Below are positions 57,958 to 64,000 of a stretch of 64,000 nt of DNA, in pieces. The position numbers and the translations under genes are program-made. The number at the start of each line of letters is the position of its first letter. Within the stretch, counting starts at the first letter, position 1. The notes beneath the pieces were generated by a model, which saw only the letters and a program-made list of their open reading frames with translations, was not told the origin of the DNA and searched no databases. Source of the DNA: the human T2T-CHM13v2.0 reference genome, Homo sapiens; contig CP068257.2 of the NCBI GenBank assembly GCA_009914755.4, positions 28,704,001 through 28,768,000 on the forward strand, in the 5' to 3' direction.

Positions 57958-58476
57958 ATGTCCTACAACTGCTGCTCTGGAAACTTCTCCTCCCGCTCCT
58001 GTGGTGGCTACCTGCACTACCCAGCCTCCTCCTGTGGCTTTTCCTACCCCAGCAACCAGGTCTACAGCACTGACCTCTGCTCTCCCAGCACGTGCCAGCT
58101 GGGTTCCTCTCTCTATAGGGGCTGTCAGCAGACCTGCTGGGAGCCCACCAGCTGCCAGACATCCTATGTGGAGTCCAGCCCCTGCCAGACCTCCTGCTAC
58201 CGTCCCAGAACCTCCTTGCTCTGCAGTCCCTGCCAGACAACTTACTCTGGGTCTCTAGGCTTTGGATCCAGCAGCTGCCGCTCCCTGGGCTATGGATCGA
58301 GGAGCTGCTACTCAGTGGGCTGTGGGTCCAGTGGCTTCAGATCCCTGGGTTATGGAGGCTGTGGCTTCCCTTCCCTGGGCTATGGCGTTGGATTCTGCCG
58401 CCCAACCTACTTGGCTTCTAGGAGCTGCCAGTCTTCTTGCTACAGACCAACTTGTGGATCAGGCTTCTACTATTGA
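57958..58476 (+). CDS. KRTAP13-1: Keratin-associated protein 13-1 (high-sulfur hair KAP), single exon, 172 aa: MSYNCCSGNFSSRSCGGYLHYPASSCGFSYPSNQVYSTDLCSPSTCQLGSSLYRGCQQTCWEPTSCQTSYVESSPCQTSCYRPRTSLLCSPCQTTYSGSLGFGSSSCRSLGYGSRSCYSVGCGSSGFRSLGYGGCGFPSLGYGVGFCRPTYLASRSCQSSCYRPTCGSGFYY
   Basis: ORF 57895..58476(+) trimmed to the MSYNCC start (atg at 57958..57960). TATA at -80 and the KAP13 leader are present; the product is ~85% identical to the minus-strand paralog at 33.5 kb. The 172-aa length and plus orientation ~24 kb from the 175-aa paralog fit KRTAP13-1. Confidence 0.8.
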   Translation: MSYNCCSGNFSSRSCGGYLHYPASSCGFSYPSNQVYSTDLCSPSTCQLGSSLYRGCQQTCWEPTSCQTSYVESSPCQTSCYRPRTSLLCSPCQTTYSGSLGFGSSSCRSLGYGSRSCYSVGCGSSGFRSLGYGGCGFPSLGYGVGFCRPTYLASRSCQSSCYRPTCGSGFYY

Positions 58477-58667
58477 TCATCTTGTTAAATTGCTGATTTT
58501 GTTGGCTAATGCCTTCAATGCCTCTACTCATAACCTTTATTGTCTTCATCATGTACAGAAAGAATTAGCCTCTTATTCTATAATTATCAAGTTCTCAGTT
58601 TGTCTTTGTCCCCAAATACTGGCTGGCAGGCTTCATCTGAAAAACTGTAATTGGAGAACTAGCTCAA

Positions 58668-58673
58668 AATAAA
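58668..58673 (+). terminator. Candidate polyadenylation signal AATAAA for KRTAP13-1, ~190 nt after the stop codon
   Basis: …gagaactagctcaaaataaatcttgaaatac…; first AATAAA downstream of TGA at 58474..58476. Confidence 0.45.
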
Positions 58674-59920
58674 TCTTGAAATACACATTAAAAGTAGAAT
58701 TTATATTATTCGATTTTCTTCCACAATTGTATAAAAAGTCAAATCATTTTAATCCAATAAATCCATTGGTCTCATATTCAGCTATGTTTGTGGTGGTTTT
58801 ATATTGCTAGGGTTTTGGTTGTGATGTATTAGGCAATTATTATGAAACAATTGGTGTATATATATAGGAATAGGTTTCAAAATCATATGAAGTTTGCGAT
58901 TCAGACAAACTTTTGGGGGCCTCAGAGATTTTTGTTATTCAAACTACAGGTAGTGGAAGTCTACTAAATTTACAGACTTTTATTCATTAAAATATCAGAA
59001 TCAGGAATTAGCTTGATCCCCTTATAAAATGTGGATTCTTGTGTCTATGCCAACAAGCATAAGGTAGCAAACTAGTTGATAGTTATATCAGGAATCTGCA
59101 GAGAAAAAAATACTATTTAGAACAATATGGTTATAGATATACATAAAAGAAAAATGGAATTGAAGAGAAACAAAAGTGATTTGAAGTAACTTTTGAAGTC
59201 ACCCAATATTTGTTGGTAATCATGATCAAATGCCTGCATCTCATTGATGAGAATTCAATATGATTCAGTTATCTACATATGTGTAATAAGGGATACCATG
59301 AAACTTGAATGGAGGATTGATATTCCACCTTGGTTTGTATTCATGTTTCACACTAAGTAAAGCTGAAGATAATAACCTTTTGATATCATCAGAAGTGATA
59401 ATTTAATTCACATCTGAGCATAAAATTAGGGAAATGTTATTTCTCTTTTTTGTGGTAGCATTCTTTGTTTTCTCAGGCAAAGCAGTTCCAGAAACAGGTG
59501 TGAAGATAAATAGATTTCAATAAGGAACCTAAAGTTGAGAAGAAAAAAAGAGCTCAAACAACGTTCAATAACTATTCCCATGCATTATTCCTTTAGACAA
59601 CAGCTGTTAGAGAAAGAGATCCATTATACATGTAAATGATGTTAAATGTAAAAATATGGAGACACAAAGATGATAAGGAATGTACAGGGAAACTTATTGT
59701 ACGATATCTTGAAGGAGCTGCAAATTTTTGACTTGCAAAGACAGAAATATCGGAGGGGAGAAGTCTGGGAAGATTACACGCAATAAGCAAAGCAGAAGGG
59801 GCTGAAAGTCTTTGTGTATTCAAGGAATTATTGGAAATTTAGCTCAGTTACAATGCAAAGTGATTTAATATGGTGTGGTAATGACAAACATGTTCATTCA
59901 AACTACTAACACAGTCTTGA

Positions 59921-60321
<401 letters not shown>

Positions 60322-60777
60322 TGATTAGGTATAAATTATTAGGTTCATACCTAAGGTTAAATAAGTTAAAATCAAATGCTTACAAATGAAAAAACAATTT
60401 ATAATTAATGTCTTTTGTTTAGAAAATCTAGACAAGGAAAATACATGTGAAAATATTCAGAAATTATGAGTGTCAACATCTAAGAAAGGTCTTGATATAT
60501 AAACATACATGTGAAAATATTTAGAAATTACCAGGGCCAAAATCTAAGAAAGGTGTTGATAAATAAACAAGCAGAAAGCCATGGAATTCATGACTACTTT
60601 TAGAATAGGAATGTTGTCAAATCCAAAAGAGAGGCTGAAGTTCAGCTCCAAATCATTTCAGTGCTTAAGTTAAGAGGATATAGGAATACCAGGGTTCTTG
60701 TTCTATCCTTCCAAAATCAAATTTAAATTCTTCCAGGAGGAGGATAACATCACAGTGAGCTCTAAATTATTTCTTTA

Positions 60778-60895
60778 TATAGATAAATTTAGATACAAAT
60801 GTAAATATAGATACCTATTTATATATAGATATAGATACCATTGCAGATATAGTTATATCTAGATACACATGAAGACGCAGATATAGTCTAGTACC
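60778..60895. repeat. AGATA/ATAGAT-rich low-complexity tandem repeat
   Basis: agataaatttagatacaaatgtaaatatagatacctatttatatatagatatagataccattgcagatatagttatatctagatacacatgaagacgcagatatag. Confidence 0.75.
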
Positions 60896-61327
60896 CAACA
60901 AAAATTTACCAGGCTTCAGAAGTTAAAAAATTATTAAATCCAAAATATAGATATATGTAGCAGAATTAGGCTTACAAGAGCTTCAGTAAATGAAAATATT
61001 AGACATAAATGTTAAATAACTACACTTGACATGCTTAGGGAATAAAAAGATAGATGAAAAATTTTGGCAGAGTACTGAAGTATATTAAAAGAACCAAAAA
61101 CAGATTTTAAAATTAAAAAATGTGATAAATTAAAATATTGAATTGGTGAACGGATTAAAACAAAATTAAACATGGCTAAAGAGATAATTAGTTATTGTTC
61201 ACTAGAATATATACAAACAAAAAAAATAAAGGAAAATTATTAAAATATTTAAAGGAGTTTCAGAGACTATGGAACATGTGAAACAGTCTAACATAGTTGC
61301 TGCTAGAGTCCTAAAACAAAATTATGT

Positions 61328-61352
61328 GTCTCTGTGTGTGTGTGTGTGTGTG
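61328..61352. repeat. (GT)n microsatellite
   Basis: gtgtctctgtgtgtgtgtgtgtgtgtgtac. Confidence 0.85.
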
Positions 61353-64000
61353 TACATATGGCTAGAAATAAGTCCACATATCACTAAATCTAAGAGAAGT
61401 CATATGTAATAAAAACAGATTCACAGGGGATCCAAAGATAATTTTTGAATAGAGGAAATATCAAATCCATATATTCAAGAACTACTAAAAATCCCATGCA
61501 TGATAAATATGAAGACAAGCCCATAACTAGGCATATTGGAATCTCACTGAGGAACAGGAAAGAAAAAGAGAAAAACTTAAAGCAGCCAGAGGTGGGAAAA
61601 AAATTTAAAAAGAAATTTACCTTCATCAAAGCAACTGGGATTAAAAGCTAAATTTTAAACAGAAAAGAAAAAATATAAGAAAACAAATACATGTCCTCAA
61701 ATATTAAAAAAATTCAAAAGTAGAGTAATATGACCAATAAATGTCTGTTTTAAAAATGGAAGAGAAATGGAGGATGTACAAAAGCACCTTTTATGTTTAG
61801 GCAATGTTTGGACAGTTAATTTACAATAAACAGAGAATAACTAGGGCTAGACCTTTATAATGGTTATTCATTACTCCATCATTTTGAAACTCATCATTTT
61901 GAGTGTTTAGTGACAATAATCCTAGGTTTCACCTCCACTTATTCATTTTACTGGGACAAATTTATGATTGATAATTCTCTTTCCAGGTTTTCTGCTTATT
62001 CTAAGTAATTTTGCATATATAATAAAATAAACCTTTTTACCCATCACTATTATATACCGAAATTTAATATGATATTATTTAGATAATATAACTTTTGGCA
62101 GCAGCAAATCTTGGTAGCTCAAATCAACCCTATCAATAAGATCCCTAGTAAAACTGAATAAAACAATCCTCATATAAACTCTAGAGCACACTCAGGCTAA
62201 GAACTGCTGGAACAAAATTAGGAGACGGTTTAAATCAAAGGAAGTGTTGACAGTTAAGCTGCTTTCTTCCCAGAATTGTTCATTGATTTAAAAAAAAAAG
62301 GATATTAATGGGCTCATGGCTTGAATGACCACAAGCAATCAGACTACAGGACCTTCTAAGGACCTGGGAACACACGTGAACATGCTAAGTTTTTGGTAAG
62401 GATCTTAAATAGTCTATCAGAATTTTTAAGAGCAAGCATATATAGAATATGTTTCATAGAAACTGAAGCCAACCTTTGAACTGCATTGATCTTGGTGATA
62501 TGGGAGTGTTAGTAACATTATCCCAGCATGCTATATCCAAAGTAAATTTGTCTGCAAATAAAACCACTCAAACTCTCAAATTGCCTATGGTAATTAATTA
62601 AAAATGACCAATTCTATAAAAAAGCAAGATATGACCAAGCCAAGAGACAATACAGAGTGCAAATAAATCCACAAGAGATGAAGGTATTAGAATATACAGA
62701 AAAACAATTGTGGTTATTATTGTTCTTAAAAAATTTAAGACAAATTTAAGAATTTTGACAGAATACCATTATCTATATAACTAAACACAAAAATATTAAA
62801 AATATAAAATACAATAATTAGAATGAACAAATCTAAAACAATTCCAATGGCAAACTAAAATACTAAACACTCTGAAACTATAGACCAACCTCCCCACTAG
62901 ATGAAATATAGACTATAATAAAGAGCACTGATCAGAGAGTGGCAGGATCTGGTTGCAGTTTAGACAAATTGGAAGTGGAATCAAGCTGATTGAATTTGGT
63001 AACGGTGCTTGTTTAACTCAATTAATTGAGGAATTTTACTGAGAAGCTCTTTACCTTTCTAAAATGCACAAGGAAGGGATTATATTCTCTGGAAAATGAT
63101 AAAAATATTTGCAGATGTATATTTGTGTGTATGTATGCATGCACACACAAATGTATGGGTGTATAAATAGTAATATTTATATGCCACAAGCCACAGCTTT
63201 TCTATGCCTATAATGCAATAAAACATTACAAGATACTTGAAAAGGCATGTAAATGTTAGCCAAAGGAAAACATTTAATAGAAGAAAATTCACATTTAATA
63301 AAAACACTAGAATTACCAAGCATTGACTGTAAAATGACTATGATATTTGAATGATTTAAGAAAATATTAAGATAATTGATAAACTTTAAGATATGAAAAT
63401 AATAAAAAGTAATCCAATGAATATCCCCAAACAGAAAGATAAAAGTTTTAAATAAAATGTATCGGATAGAATGAAGAAAATATTTGACAAGACAGTAACA
63501 AAGATAAATAAACTTGAAAATAAATTTTTTAGAAAAGATTATCTAAGTACACAAAGAAATTGAGAATGAAAAATGAGACAGAGTAAGTTATTAAAGACTT
63601 GCTGAAAAACATTAAGCAATTTAAAAATTATGTAACAGAAGTCCCAGCAGAAGTGGGCCAGAAAAAAGCATAGAAAAGCTATTAGTCAAAATGTTGCGTT
63701 TTTGACAAAAATACCACAACAGCGAGCAAGCAACAACAACAAAAATCCCTTCAACCCCCAGATCCAAGGATCTTGGGATTTTGAAATCAGAATAAAGATA
63801 AAGAAATTCAGACTTAGGCATACAATAATTAATTCATGAAAATGAAATAAAGAGAAGTTCTTAAAAGTAGCCAGAATTTTATAAACTACACATTTTTTAG
63901 AGAAATAGCAATAAGAATTATAGCTAATTTACAGCATAAATATTGAAAGTTAGAAAAAAATGGAATGATAGCTTTGAAAGGCTGAAAAAGAAAAATAATC

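Overview
This window is human (catarrhine primate) genomic DNA, not prokaryotic. It carries about 20 Alu elements, several L1 fragments including a young antisense L1PA, MaLR (THE1/MST-like) retrotransposons and a Tigger DNA-transposon fragment, in an AT-rich background.

The only credible protein-coding content is three intronless hair keratin-associated protein (KRTAP) genes of the KAP13 family, about 23.5-24 kb apart. I assign them as:
- KRTAP13-2 at 33556..34083 (-), 175 aa, with a TATA box about 85 nt upstream of the ATG.
- KRTAP13-1 at 57958..58476 (+), 172 aa, with TATA at 57874..57881.
- KRTAP23-1 at 10282..10479 (-), 65 aa, which looks like a frameshift-truncated KAP13 copy. It is followed by about 330 bp of out-of-frame KAP13-homologous sequence and has a decayed TATA box.

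This arrangement matches the chr21q22.11 high-sulfur KAP cluster (KRTAP23-1 / KRTAP13-2 / KRTAP13-1); the three paralog names rest on my recall of cluster order and protein lengths (23-1 less securely than 13-1 and 13-2), not on a database search.

The most noteworthy unlisted item is a heavily decayed KRTAP13-like pseudogene relic at about 18375..18775 (-). It has no ORF and is detectable only by nucleotide similarity to the KAP13 coding sequence.

Other structure:
- a tandem MaLR arrangement (LTR-int-LTR, then L1 fragment, then partial int-LTR) at 39964..43590;
- two inverted copies of the same roughly 0.9 kb LTR-type repeat, 46 kb apart;
- two polypyrimidine mirror-repeat tracts over 230 bp long;
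- a palindromic AAATGTTTAG motif cluster;
- several micro- and minisatellites.

I see no evidence of any novel biological system (no prokaryotic genes, CRISPR arrays, rRNA or tRNA). The other ORFs in the supplied track that I checked are explained by repeat translation or by alternate frames of the GC/Ser/Cys-rich KRTAP coding sequences; short spurious ORFs were not inspected individually.
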